Below are positions 30,428-39,749 of a stretch of DNA of 64,000 bases, one piece after another. Source of the stretch: an uncultured Burkholderiales bacterium (GTDB lineage Bacteria; Pseudomonadota; Gammaproteobacteria; Burkholderiales; Eutrophovitaceae); NCBI GenBank assembly GCA_963925895.1, contig CAWUVH010000001.1:12859-76858 (forward strand), in the 5' to 3' direction. The notes beneath the pieces were generated by a model. The model saw nothing but the letters and a program-made list of their open reading frames with translations, ran no database searches and had not been told where the DNA came from. The stretch's first letter is position 1. The number at the start of each line of letters is the position of its first letter. The position numbers were made by a program, and so were the translations under genes.

Positions 30428-31615
30428 ATGAATAATGCATACGTTGTATCAGCCCTTAGAACGGCAGGCGGTCGTCGAGGTGGCAACCTATCGAATTGGC
30501 ACCCGGTCGATCTGGGTGCACATGTTATTAATGCTCTGTTGAAAGATATTGATTGCCCTCCTGACGTGATTGAAGACGTCATTATGGGCAGCGTGAGTCA
30601 AATCGGAGAACAAGGCATGAACGTAGCTCGAAATATAGTTTTGGCGTCACAATTACCGGAGTCGGTTCCTGCCACGAGTGTCGATCGACAATGCGGATCG
30701 TCACAACAAGCATTGCACTTTGCAGCTCAGGCTGTCATGTCAGGAAGTATGGACGTGGTCGTCGCAGGCGGGGTTGAAAGTATGACTAGGACTCCCATGT
30801 TTTCAACGATCACTCTGCCTAAGAAAAATGGCATGGGTCACTACATGAGTCCGAACCTTCAAAAACGCTATCCCAACGTTGAATTCAGCCAATTTGATGG
30901 CGCTGAAATGCTGGTCAAGCAGTACGGAATATCAAAACAGGAACTGGATGAGTATGCTCTAGAAAGTCACAGGCGAGCGACAGAAGCCGTCACACGTGGT
31001 GCTTTCAAGCGAGAAATTGTACCCATCAACGTAAAAGACGCAGAAGGGAACTTGACTGGGGAGTCTCATGCCACGGACCAGGGAATTAGGTTTGACGCAA
31101 CGCTTGAGGGCATTGCTGGTGTGAACCCTATTCTCGAGAATGGAAAAATCACTGCCGCCACAGCCAGTCAAATTTGTGATGGCGCGAGTGGCGTTATTGT
31201 TTGTAACGATAAAGGATTAAAGCTACTTGGCGTCGAGCCACTGGTTCAGATACGTCATATGTCGGTGATTGGGCATGACCCCATCATCATGCTTGAAGCC
31301 CCGATTCCAGCAACAGCTCATGCGTTCAAAAAGACAAATCTCTCCGCGGATGATATCGACTTATATGAAGTGAACGAAGCCTTCGCCTCAGTTCCACTAG
31401 CTTGGCTTAGGGCGACCCAAGTGGATCACAAAAAACTGAATGTGCATGGTGGGGCCATTGCTCTTGGACACCCTCTAGGGAGCTCGGGAACAAAATTAGC
31501 CACGACACTGATACATGCCCTCAGAGCCCATAGAGGGAAGTTAGGTCTTCAAACCATGTGCGAAGGTGGCGGCATGGCCAACGTCACCATTTTCGAAAAC
31601 TGCCAGACCTACTGA
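30428..31615 (+). CDS. acetyl-CoA C-acyltransferase (thiolase)
   Basis: 395 aa. Active-site Cys VDRQCGSSQQA, plus NVHGGAIALGHPLGSSG and CEGGGMA. Confidence 0.92.
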   Translation: MNNAYVVSALRTAGGRRGGNLSNWHPVDLGAHVINALLKDIDCPPDVIEDVIMGSVSQIGEQGMNVARNIVLASQLPESVPATSVDRQCGSSQQALHFAAQAVMSGSMDVVVAGGVESMTRTPMFSTITLPKKNGMGHYMSPNLQKRYPNVEFSQFDGAEMLVKQYGISKQELDEYALESHRRATEAVTRGAFKREIVPINVKDAEGNLTGESHATDQGIRFDATLEGIAGVNPILENGKITAATASQICDGASGVIVCNDKGLKLLGVEPLVQIRHMSVIGHDPIIMLEAPIPATAHAFKKTNLSADDIDLYEVNEAFASVPLAWLRATQVDHKKLNVHGGAIALGHPLGSSGTKLATTLIHALRAHRGKLGLQTMCEGGGMANVTIFENCQTY

Positions 31616-31620
31616 TCAAC

Positions 31621-32769
31621 ATGCCTTACGACTTTCAACCATCTTGGCTCAATGAGGAATTAACCACTTACAAAAATACGGTTGAGCGTTTCCTAGACAC
31701 CGAAATGGTTCCTTATGATGAGGAATCTAGACAACGAGGTCACGTTGGCCACGACATCTGGAGACGAGCCGGACAGATTGGCATCTTATGCACTGACATA
31801 CCAATCGAATACGGTGGTGGTGGTGGCGATTTTAGACACGAAGCCATTCTTTACGAGGCGATGGGACATCGCGGCCTAACCGGCATGAGCCCTTCCGTTC
31901 ACAGCATCGTTGCGCACTACTTTCTTAATCATGGAACCGAAGAGCAGAAGCAGCAATATCTTCCCAAGCTAGCTCAAGGCGAACTTATTGGTGCTATCGC
32001 GATGTCTGAACCTGATGCGGGGTCAGACCTAAGAGGAATTCGCACTAAGGCAACCTCAAACGGCAAGCACTTCACGCTAAACGGCTCAAAAACATTTATC
32101 ACTAATGGTTATTTAGCAGAATTGGTTTTAGTGTTTGCCAAAATGGATACAACGGAAGATCACGGAAAATTCTCCATATTCATCATTGAAACCAAAAAGC
32201 ACCAAGGCTATTCGGTTGGAAATCGATTGAAAAAAATAGGCCTCAAAGCGCAAGATACTTCAGAGCTTTTTTTCGACAATATCAATCTCAGTAACCGTGA
32301 AGTTCTAGGTGAAACTCCCGGTCGAGGGCTTTATCAGCTCATGGCAGACCTCCCCTATGAACGTTTATTAATTGCAGATATGGCTATGGGAGCCATGGAA
32401 GGGGCCTATCAACTTACCGTGGAGTACGTCAGGAACCGGGCAGTCTTTGGTGAACCTCTAATCAACAAGCAAAACACACGATTCGTTTTGGCCAATATGG
32501 TTGCCACATTGAAAGTTGCACGAGCATTTGTAGACGACTGCATCAACAAAATACTCACCGGATCATTAGATACGGAAACTGCCTCAGCAGCTAAACTATG
32601 GTTGGCCCAACAACAGAATCTACTGATTGATGATTGCGTCCAACTCCATGGAGGTTATGGCTTCATGGACGAATACCTCATTGGCCGTATGTTTTCTGAT
32701 GCTAGGGTACAACGCATTTATGGTGGGACAGATGAAATCATGAAAGAAATCATCAGCCGGAAACTTTAA
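31621..32769 (+). CDS. acyl-CoA dehydrogenase
   Basis: 383 aa from the ATG at 31621 (MPYDFQP…). AMSEPDAGSD, FITNG, and IYGGTDEIM. The ORF-track start at 31558 overlaps the thiolase gene. Confidence 0.9.
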   Translation: MPYDFQPSWLNEELTTYKNTVERFLDTEMVPYDEESRQRGHVGHDIWRRAGQIGILCTDIPIEYGGGGGDFRHEAILYEAMGHRGLTGMSPSVHSIVAHYFLNHGTEEQKQQYLPKLAQGELIGAIAMSEPDAGSDLRGIRTKATSNGKHFTLNGSKTFITNGYLAELVLVFAKMDTTEDHGKFSIFIIETKKHQGYSVGNRLKKIGLKAQDTSELFFDNINLSNREVLGETPGRGLYQLMADLPYERLLIADMAMGAMEGAYQLTVEYVRNRAVFGEPLINKQNTRFVLANMVATLKVARAFVDDCINKILTGSLDTETASAAKLWLAQQQNLLIDDCVQLHGGYGFMDEYLIGRMFSDARVQRIYGGTDEIMKEIISRKL

Positions 32770-32900
32770 AAAATCAATTCACACGTTTTTGGGAACCTTC
32801 TCATTTTCCACCAGTCCATCTACTTGTATTTGCTGCTTTCAAACTCCGGCAGCTTGTACAATCCCCTATATCCTCATTCGAGATTTCTGATGAGGACTTT

Positions 32901-32929
32901 AAAGGCACCTTCGGGTGCCTCTTTTTTTG
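32901..32929 (+). terminator. rho-independent terminator, usable from both strands
   Basis: Stem AGGCACC (32903-32909), loop TTCG, stem GGTGCCT (32914-32920), then CTTTTTTT. It lies between the converging acyl-CoA dehydrogenase and M48 peptidase genes. Confidence 0.7.
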
Positions 32930-32998
32930 CGCTCTGAGGCTCAGCATGCCACCTTCCGTCAGGACACCTGATTTGACTAGAAGTGTTATATCGAAATT

Positions 32999-33832
32999 TT
33001 AGATGTCTCCTGCGCTTACAGGATGGACAGGTCTGGGAGACTTGTTTTCATAGTACGGAAGCATTGCCTGAGTTAAGACCTCTAACTCTTCCATCCGTTT
33101 AACTGGCGCGGGATGCGTCGATAGAAAATCGAAACGTGAATCTTTTTGTCCACTCTCATCAGCCATTTTTTTCCATAATGTAACGGCTGCTCTCGGATCG
33201 AAACCAGCTTTCGCTGCGATTTCAATACCCACTCGATCACTCTCACTCTCTGCAGTCCGGCTATTAGGTAACTCCAGCGCAACAATCGCCGCAAGAGCTG
33301 TGCCCTGCACGGCAATACCACCATATTGTTCATCTAACAGAGCAATAGAAATTGCAGTAATACCCAACTGCATGGCCAAAGCACGAGACATCCGTTCACG
33401 GGTGTGTGACAGCAATGCGTGTGAGATTTCATGACCCATCACTTGAGCGATTTCATCATCGGTCGCTTCAAGCTTGGTGATGAGTCCTGAATAGATCGCC
33501 ATCCTTCCTCCAGCCATACACCAGGCATTGATGACCTCTGGCTCATCAATGACTTGCACAGACCAATTCCAATTTCTAGCGTCAGGTCGGTAGACCACTG
33601 CCTGCGCTACCAAAAGACTGGTGATGTTTTGCACCCGCTCAAGCATTGCCGGATCACCGTTAAGCTTCCCTTCTTTCTTGATTGGCGTAAGCATTGCTTT
33701 ATACGCCTTATTCGACTCACTAATGGCCATACCTTCTGGCACCAACATAAACTGTGCACGCCCAGAAATCGGATTAGATTTACAACCGATCAAAACTGTA
33801 AAAACAAAAAATATGAATATAATTTTTTTCAA
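32999..33832 (-). CDS. M48-family zinc metallopeptidase lipoprotein
   Basis: 277 aa. Lipobox VLIGC after a hydrophobic leader and the zinc motif HEISHAL. Confidence 0.85.
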   Translation of the reverse strand: MKKIIFIFFVFTVLIGCKSNPISGRAQFMLVPEGMAISESNKAYKAMLTPIKKEGKLNGDPAMLERVQNITSLLVAQAVVYRPDARNWNWSVQVIDEPEVINAWCMAGGRMAIYSGLITKLEATDDEIAQVMGHEISHALLSHTRERMSRALAMQLGITAISIALLDEQYGGIAVQGTALAAIVALELPNSRTAESESDRVGIEIAAKAGFDPRAAVTLWKKMADESGQKDSRFDFLSTHPAPVKRMEELEVLTQAMLPYYENKSPRPVHPVSAGDI

Positions 33833-33867
33833 GAAACCACCTATCTCAACAAGATGCTGTATTTATT

Positions 33868-34428
33868 CTAATCATGCAGACGACTATACTTCGGCACCTT
33901 TGCCATTAAATATTCAGCCTGATCTTGCAATATTTTTCTATTTTGCAAAACTAGATGCTCATATCTATTAGGAATATACGGTAAAAACAACAAAGGCATT
34001 TTCGCCTGATGCGGGTTACGCCCACCCTTTCGGATATTACAAGGTCGGCAGGCCGTAACGACGTTCATCCATTTATCTTCACCACCCGCATGAACGGGAG
34101 TAACGTGATCGCGTGAGAGTTCTCTTTCTCGATATTGGTCACCACAATACGCGCAGATTTTACGATCACGAGAAAACAAAGCGCTATTGGTCAAGGAGGG
34201 ATGTGGATTGCCCGTAAATCTATCGACTGAGCCTTTAATCGCAATAATACTTTGGGTCTGAATCTCGGATCGCTCACCGGTTAGACGCGACACCCCACCA
34301 CGAAATGTGGCAATCGCATCGCCTAGCGACCAAGCCACCATACCTCGAGCATGATAGGTAATCGCATTCTCTACATGCAGCCATCGACTGGGGACTCCAG
34401 TCGCATCAAGTGCCAATACAAATGCCAC
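33868..34428 (-). CDS. stand-alone HNH endonuclease
   Basis: 186 aa. CAYCG…SRDHVTPVHAGGEDKWMNVVTACRPCNIRKG (HNH/His-Me finger). GTG start with GGAGG 6 nt upstream. Confidence 0.85.
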   Translation of the reverse strand: MAFVLALDATGVPSRWLHVENAITYHARGMVAWSLGDAIATFRGGVSRLTGERSEIQTQSIIAIKGSVDRFTGNPHPSLTNSALFSRDRKICAYCGDQYRERELSRDHVTPVHAGGEDKWMNVVTACRPCNIRKGGRNPHQAKMPLLFLPYIPNRYEHLVLQNRKILQDQAEYLMAKVPKYSRLHD

Positions 34429-34500
34429 GCTCTACCTCCATCGTTATGGATGAAATTCGCGTTTCGAGAACTGTCACACCAACCAACGGGGTGAGCTCCT

Positions 34501-34607
34501 GAGTTATGAGTTATGAGTTATGAGTTATGAGTTATGAGTTATGAGTTATGAGTTATGAGTTATGAGTTATGAGTTATGAGTTATGAGTTATGAGTTATGA
34601 GTTATGA
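34501..34607. repeat. perfect heptanucleotide tandem repeat (GAGTTAT)x15 plus a partial GA
   Basis: Counted directly: 15 identical 7-bp units from 34501 to 34605 followed by GA. There are no mismatches and stop codons occur in all six frames. Confidence 0.97.
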
Positions 34608-34649
34608 ATTTAGTATAAAGCGTAGCAAACCGAATGAAAAGTATCGTCA

Positions 34650-36461
34650 CTAAACTTTAATAAAACTCACCTTTTGAATTGATATCGCACCTACCGGGCA
34701 TACCGCCTCACATTGGCCACAACGGATACACTTATCTTGATCAATCCACAACTGATTATAGTAGAGAGAATCCGATTCGCCTTTTTGCAGATGCTTATAT
34801 TTGACAACGCCCCCTTCATCGTCAACCTCTAGATCCGAAACGGGTACGATGCAGCCCTCTGTAGGCTTCACCTTTATGCATTCATCACAAAGCACGCATA
34901 ATCTATTGTCAATTTCAAACTTGTAATGACATAAGTAGCATCGCTTACCGGCCTCTTGGCTTGTCCCATGGTTGTATCCCAGCTCCACCTCCCTGCTTCC
35001 TTGTCTATCTGACAAGTCGAGTGTTGGTACCGGAGTAATTGGAATCACATTCATCTCTTGAGTTCGGAAAAATCGCCCTCCTTCAAAATCAACACCATAA
35101 CGTTTTTTTTCAATCTGAACTTTCCTACTGGATATATCCTGCCCGGTGAGGAATCGCGTCACAAGTGAAGCGGTTTTCCGCCCATGGGCTATTGCATCTA
35201 TCAGCGTTGTGGCACCGGTAGCAAAGTCTCCCGCCATAAATACTTTAGGATCTGGCGTAAGCGCGCCTTGGACTACCGAAACGTCACCTTGCTCATTTAA
35301 GATAGCTTCTCTGACGCGTCCTGAAATCCAGTCTGTATCTGCGGTTTGACCTGTAGCTAAAATTACACTATCTACATCAATATCAATGGAACTACCCGTA
35401 TCTATACGAATGATCGGCTTCCCGCGTTCCGTATGAATACTCGTGTTCGCCAAAGAGACTTGTTGAATCGATTGAACGCCACGAAATTGGCTAGGGGTTT
35501 TAAAGTAATTCATTGACCCGGTCTCATTCAACAACTCTTGAACCTCACCAGGCAAGACAACCATATCCTGAGACCCACGACGGTAATACACAGCAGTCTC
35601 TGCCCCTAATCTAATGGCGGTCCGGGCGCAATCCATTGCCGTGTACCCACCACCGATCACCACAACATTAGATCCTATCCGTTGTCGCCCTTGCTCATTA
35701 ACCATCATCAGAAACTCTAGGCCGTGCTCAACTCCAGGCAAGTTAGCACCCTGAACATCTAAACGGTTACCACTTAAAGTTCCCGCAGCAAGAACGACCG
35801 CATCATGTGAGTCTACAAGTACATCGAGACTTTGATCATCACCAATACTGACACCACATTTGAGCTCAATTCCGAGAGATAAGACTTGATTGATCTCATA
35901 GTCAACCACATCTCTTGGCAATCGAAATGACGGAATCCCTTGCACCATCATGCCTCCAGGGCGACGGTGCTTGTCATAAACAATAACCTTGTGCCCCTCC
36001 AACGCCAGGTCTCTAGCAGCAGCAAGCCCAGCGACGCCTGCTCCGACAACTGCCACGCGATATCCACTGGATGATTTTATGTTTGGTCGAATAGTGAGCG
36101 AGCCACCCAGATCAGCAGATGACCTTTTGAGCGCACAAATGGCTACAGACTCACCGAGAGAGGGTCGGCCATGCCTGCATGCACTCTCACATGGCCTTGA
36201 GCACACACGCCCAAGAACACCAGGAAATACGTTGTCTCTAAAATTGATGGCGTAGGCTTCGTCTAATTTTCCATTATTGATCGCCTCTATATATCCGGGA
36301 ATATCGGTTCCCGCGGGACAGGCGACCTGACATGGAATGTTCGTCTCAACCCAAGCAATGTCTCGCGCGTGACTGCTGATCCCCTCGGGCTTTGTGAGCG
36401 CAGTAATTGTGGGCGCGCTCATCGTAACGGCTCTCGACCCGATGTCATGCGAGACATCCAA
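34650..36461 (-). CDS. GltD-like NAD(P)H-dependent Fe-S flavoprotein with a C-terminal ferredoxin-type domain
   Basis: 603 aa. N-terminal Fe-S motif CQVACPAGTDIP…CSRPCESACRHG, FAD/NAD motifs VAVVGAGVAGLAAA and VVVIGGGYTAMDCA, and a C-terminal CIRCGQCEAVCPVGAI plus a second Cys cluster. The start could instead be Met14 (36422). Confidence 0.8.
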   Translation of the reverse strand: MDVSHDIGSRAVTMSAPTITALTKPEGISSHARDIAWVETNIPCQVACPAGTDIPGYIEAINNGKLDEAYAINFRDNVFPGVLGRVCSRPCESACRHGRPSLGESVAICALKRSSADLGGSLTIRPNIKSSSGYRVAVVGAGVAGLAAARDLALEGHKVIVYDKHRRPGGMMVQGIPSFRLPRDVVDYEINQVLSLGIELKCGVSIGDDQSLDVLVDSHDAVVLAAGTLSGNRLDVQGANLPGVEHGLEFLMMVNEQGRQRIGSNVVVIGGGYTAMDCARTAIRLGAETAVYYRRGSQDMVVLPGEVQELLNETGSMNYFKTPSQFRGVQSIQQVSLANTSIHTERGKPIIRIDTGSSIDIDVDSVILATGQTADTDWISGRVREAILNEQGDVSVVQGALTPDPKVFMAGDFATGATTLIDAIAHGRKTASLVTRFLTGQDISSRKVQIEKKRYGVDFEGGRFFRTQEMNVIPITPVPTLDLSDRQGSREVELGYNHGTSQEAGKRCYLCHYKFEIDNRLCVLCDECIKVKPTEGCIVPVSDLEVDDEGGVVKYKHLQKGESDSLYYNQLWIDQDKCIRCGQCEAVCPVGAISIQKVSFIKV

Positions 36462-36464
36462 ACA

Positions 36465-38141
36465 TTAAAACAACCCAACAACTTTCCCATCTGCGCTCAA
36501 ATCAATGCGAGTAGCCGCAGGAACCTTCGGCAAACCAGGCATCGTCATGACGTCTCCACATACTACGACGACAAACCCTGCACCAGCAGATAGTCGAATC
36601 TCACGCACGGTTAGCGTATGCCCAGTTGGCGCACCTTTGAGGCTAGGATCAATGGAAAAGGAATACTGCGTTTTGGCGATACAGACTGGCAATGCCCCAT
36701 GGCCTTCCTTCTCAAGCTCGGCAAGTCTGATTTTGGCTTTCGTATCAAACTTAACATCAGCAGCTCCATAAATCTTTGTCGCAATTGATTCTATTTTTTG
36801 CTCAAGACTATCCTCATCTTCGTAAGCAAATGTAAGCTCAGATTTTTCATTCTCAATAATATCGATAACTTTGTGCGCCAGCGCTTGCGCACCCTTACCA
36901 CCCTCTGCCCAGTGCTTGGACACAACCACCGACACACCAAGCGCATCGCATCGCTCTTGAAGCAATTTTATTTCAGCATCCGAGTCATGGGTGAAATGAT
37001 TAATCGACACCACACAAGGCAGATTAAAGACGTTACGCATGTTATTGACATGGCGTTCCAAATTTGCGAAACCCGCATCCAGCGCTGTTAAGTTTTCTTG
37101 GTTTAACTCCGCTAACGCGATACCTCCATGAAACTTTAACGCTCGAATCGTGGCCACAAGCACAACCACATCTGGTCTCAACCCAGATTTTCGACACTTG
37201 ATATCAATGAATTTCTCTGCACCGAGATCTGCACCGAACCCAGCTTCTGTGATCACGTAATCAGCCAACTTGAGTGATGTCCTCGTCGCAATCACTGAAT
37301 TACATCCATGAGCGATGTTAGCGAATGGTCCACCATGAATAATCGCTGGATTATTTTCTAAAGTTTGAACCAAATTTGGCTTCACAGCATCTTTTAACAA
37401 GACAGCCATGGCGCCATGTGCCTCGAGCTCAGCAGCAAGAACTGGTTTTTTCTCTCGGGTATACGCCACGACAATACGACCCAAACGTTCTTTTAAATCC
37501 GTCATGGATTCTGCGAGGCACAGAATCGCCATCACTTCAGACGCAACTACGATGTCGAACCCATCTTCACGTGGATAACCGTTACCCGGCCCACCCAGAG
37601 AGACAACTATGGAGCGGAGCGCCCGATCATTCATGTCTACTACACGTTTCCATGTGATACGACGCACATCAATACCTAAATCATTTCCGTGATGGATATG
37701 ATTATCGAGCATCGCTGCCAACAAATTATTCGCTAACTGTATGGCATTAAAATCACCCGTGAAGTGAAGATTAATGTCCTCCATCGGTACAATTTGCGCG
37801 AATCCACCACCGGCAGCACCACCTTTCATCCCAAAAACCGGCCCCAAGCTCGGCTCCCTTAAACAAATCAGCGCATCCTTACCGATAGAATTCATCGCAT
37901 CGCCAAGCCCTACTGTTGTCGTAGTTTTCCCTTCACCTGCTGGAGTCGGGCTGATGGCTGTGACCAAAATTAATTTACCGTCAGGTTTGTCTTTTAAACT
38001 CGCGACAAATTCATTGGTCAATTTAGCTTTGTAATGCCCATAAGGCTCCACATGCTCCTCAGGAATACCCAACCGTTGCGTGGCAATCTCAGCGATCCGT
38101 TTTAACTTAGCCTGTTGGGCAATTTCTATGTCAGTTAGCAT
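36465..38141 (-). CDS. fhs: formate-tetrahydrofolate ligase
   Basis: 558 aa. [15 protein letters not shown]-loop, GGAAGGG, and the [13 protein letters not shown] signatures. Confidence 0.96.
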   Translation of the reverse strand: MLTDIEIAQQAKLKRIAEIATQRLGIPEEHVEPYGHYKAKLTNEFVASLKDKPDGKLILVTAISPTPAGEGKTTTTVGLGDAMNSIGKDALICLREPSLGPVFGMKGGAAGGGFAQIVPMEDINLHFTGDFNAIQLANNLLAAMLDNHIHHGNDLGIDVRRITWKRVVDMNDRALRSIVVSLGGPGNGYPREDGFDIVVASEVMAILCLAESMTDLKERLGRIVVAYTREKKPVLAAELEAHGAMAVLLKDAVKPNLVQTLENNPAIIHGGPFANIAHGCNSVIATRTSLKLADYVITEAGFGADLGAEKFIDIKCRKSGLRPDVVVLVATIRALKFHGGIALAELNQENLTALDAGFANLERHVNNMRNVFNLPCVVSINHFTHDSDAEIKLLQERCDALGVSVVVSKHWAEGGKGAQALAHKVIDIIENEKSELTFAYEDEDSLEQKIESIATKIYGAADVKFDTKAKIRLAELEKEGHGALPVCIAKTQYSFSIDPSLKGAPTGHTLTVREIRLSAGAGFVVVVCGDVMTMPGLPKVPAATRIDLSADGKVVGLF

Positions 38142-38187
38142 CTTTAATCTTTCAATTTCATGTTACGAAAACTAATGTTCAACCAAC

Positions 38188-39012
38188 TTACTCTTTAACA
38201 AACCTCAAGGTCATTCGATCGGACTCTCCAATCGCTACAATCGCAGCTTTGTCTTCCTCCGCTACATTTCTGAGGTTCGGCAATAAGTTCCAAACACCGC
38301 TCGGATGATCGGTAGTGTCCTTAGAGTTTGCATTAATCTCGGAAGAGGCATCTAAACGAAAGCCAGCATTTTTTGCCATTTGAACAACATATTCGACTGT
38401 CATGTAGCCACTGCGAATCTGGTCCTCTAACGGTGTTCCTGGTTTCGCTCTATGCTCTACAAGACCGAGAACACCGCCCGGCTTGAGCGCCTGGGCAAAG
38501 CCAGCAAACATTGATTCAGTAGCTCCAGATTTTGCCCAGTTATGCACGTTTCTGAATGTCAGAACTATGTCAACGGGACCATCCGGCGCGAACGCAGGCT
38601 GACTTGAGTCGAAATGAACCCAAGTTAGTTTCTCGTAAATATCAGGGTTCAGCGCAATTTTTTCTTTAAATGCCTTTTCTACTTTAATAAAGTAAGGATT
38701 GATATCCTCATCCAACGTATAGGAAGTGTAGTAATACTGTCCATTAGCGCTAAGAAAGGGGGCCAGAATCTCAGCGTACCAACCAAACCCGGGCGTGATT
38801 TCGACTACAGAACTTTCTGGTTTTAAACCGAAGAAGAGCAGCGTCTCTTTTGGATGTCGGAACTCATCTCGCTCAGCGTAGGCAGGAGTGCGATGCTCAC
38901 CGACTAAAGCATCGTCAAGGAGCTGTGCGACATCTGGTCCACCGCAACTGGACAAGAACAGTACTGCAAAAATGGGGACGAGAAACCGTTTGGAACACTT
39001 GACATCAATCAT
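38188..39012 (-). CDS. class I SAM-dependent methyltransferase-fold protein with a lipoprotein signal (COG4798-like)
   Basis: 274 aa. Lipobox FLSSCGG, then RDEFRHPKETLLFFG, VVEITPGFGWYAEILAP, and LKPGGVLGLVEH. Confidence 0.75.
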   Translation of the reverse strand: MIDVKCSKRFLVPIFAVLFLSSCGGPDVAQLLDDALVGEHRTPAYAERDEFRHPKETLLFFGLKPESSVVEITPGFGWYAEILAPFLSANGQYYYTSYTLDEDINPYFIKVEKAFKEKIALNPDIYEKLTWVHFDSSQPAFAPDGPVDIVLTFRNVHNWAKSGATESMFAGFAQALKPGGVLGLVEHRAKPGTPLEDQIRSGYMTVEYVVQMAKNAGFRLDASSEINANSKDTTDHPSGVWNLLPNLRNVAEEDKAAIVAIGESDRMTLRFVKE

Positions 39013-39095
39013 TAGAACCCTCCTAGTTGTGATATCAAGATAGTACTACGACCACCTTAAACTTTCATGCCAGTGATGCTGATAAGTTTTACACG

Positions 39096-39734
39096 CTAAA
39101 CCCGTTGCAACCGACCAAGCATGCCTTCCTCAACAACGAACTCAGTTATCTCGGCTAATCCTTGAGCTATTTTCAAGTTGCTAAAAATAAATGGTTTGTC
39201 ACCCCGCATCCTACGCGCGTCTCTCTCCATCACTTCGAGAGAAGCACCGACCATCGGAGCTAAATCTATCTTATTTATGACTAACAGATCTGACTTGGTG
39301 ATACCTGGGCCACCCTTTCTAGGTATTTTTTCTCCAGCAGATACATCAATGACATAAATTGTTAAATCAGACAATTCAGGCGAAAATGTAGCGGCTAAAT
39401 TGTCACCGCCACTTTCAATAAAAACAACATCTAAATCGAAGCGGTTGCTAAGGCGCCCCACAGCTTCAAGATTAATCGACGCGTCCTCACGAATCGCCGT
39501 ATGCGGGCAACCACCCGTCTCGACTCCTATGATCCGATCTGGAGTGAGCGCACCGTTGCGCACCAAAAAATCAGCATCTTCTTTCGTGTAGATATCATTA
39601 GTGACCACTGCAATCTCGTATTTATCTCTCATGCCCTTACACAACGCTAAAGTTAAGGCAGTTTTACCTGATCCAACGGGACCACCAATACCAACTCTTA
39701 AAGGGGAAGACGCCATAAAATCACTCCTATTCAT
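39096..39734 (-). CDS. ureG: urease accessory GTPase UreG
   Basis: [17 protein letters not shown]-loop, the CPH nickel motif ([11 protein letters not shown]), and NKIDL. Confidence 0.96.
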   Translation of the reverse strand: MNRSDFMASSPLRVGIGGPVGSGKTALTLALCKGMRDKYEIAVVTNDIYTKEDADFLVRNGALTPDRIIGVETGGCPHTAIREDASINLEAVGRLSNRFDLDVVFIESGGDNLAATFSPELSDLTIYVIDVSAGEKIPRKGGPGITKSDLLVINKIDLAPMVGASLEVMERDARRMRGDKPFIFSNLKIAQGLAEITEFVVEEGMLGRLQRV

Positions 39735-39749
39735 TTATATTTATTAGTG

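Noticed and set aside
33554-33971. Plus-strand ORFs of 105 and 116 aa bridging the M48 and HNH genes
   Set aside because: They are antisense to two well-supported genes. Their translations are Cys/Arg-rich nonsense, typical of shadow frames.
34501-34607. The repeat array could be a CRISPR array
   Set aside because: The units are 7 bp and directly abutting with no spacers, and no cas genes are present. It is a simple tandem repeat.
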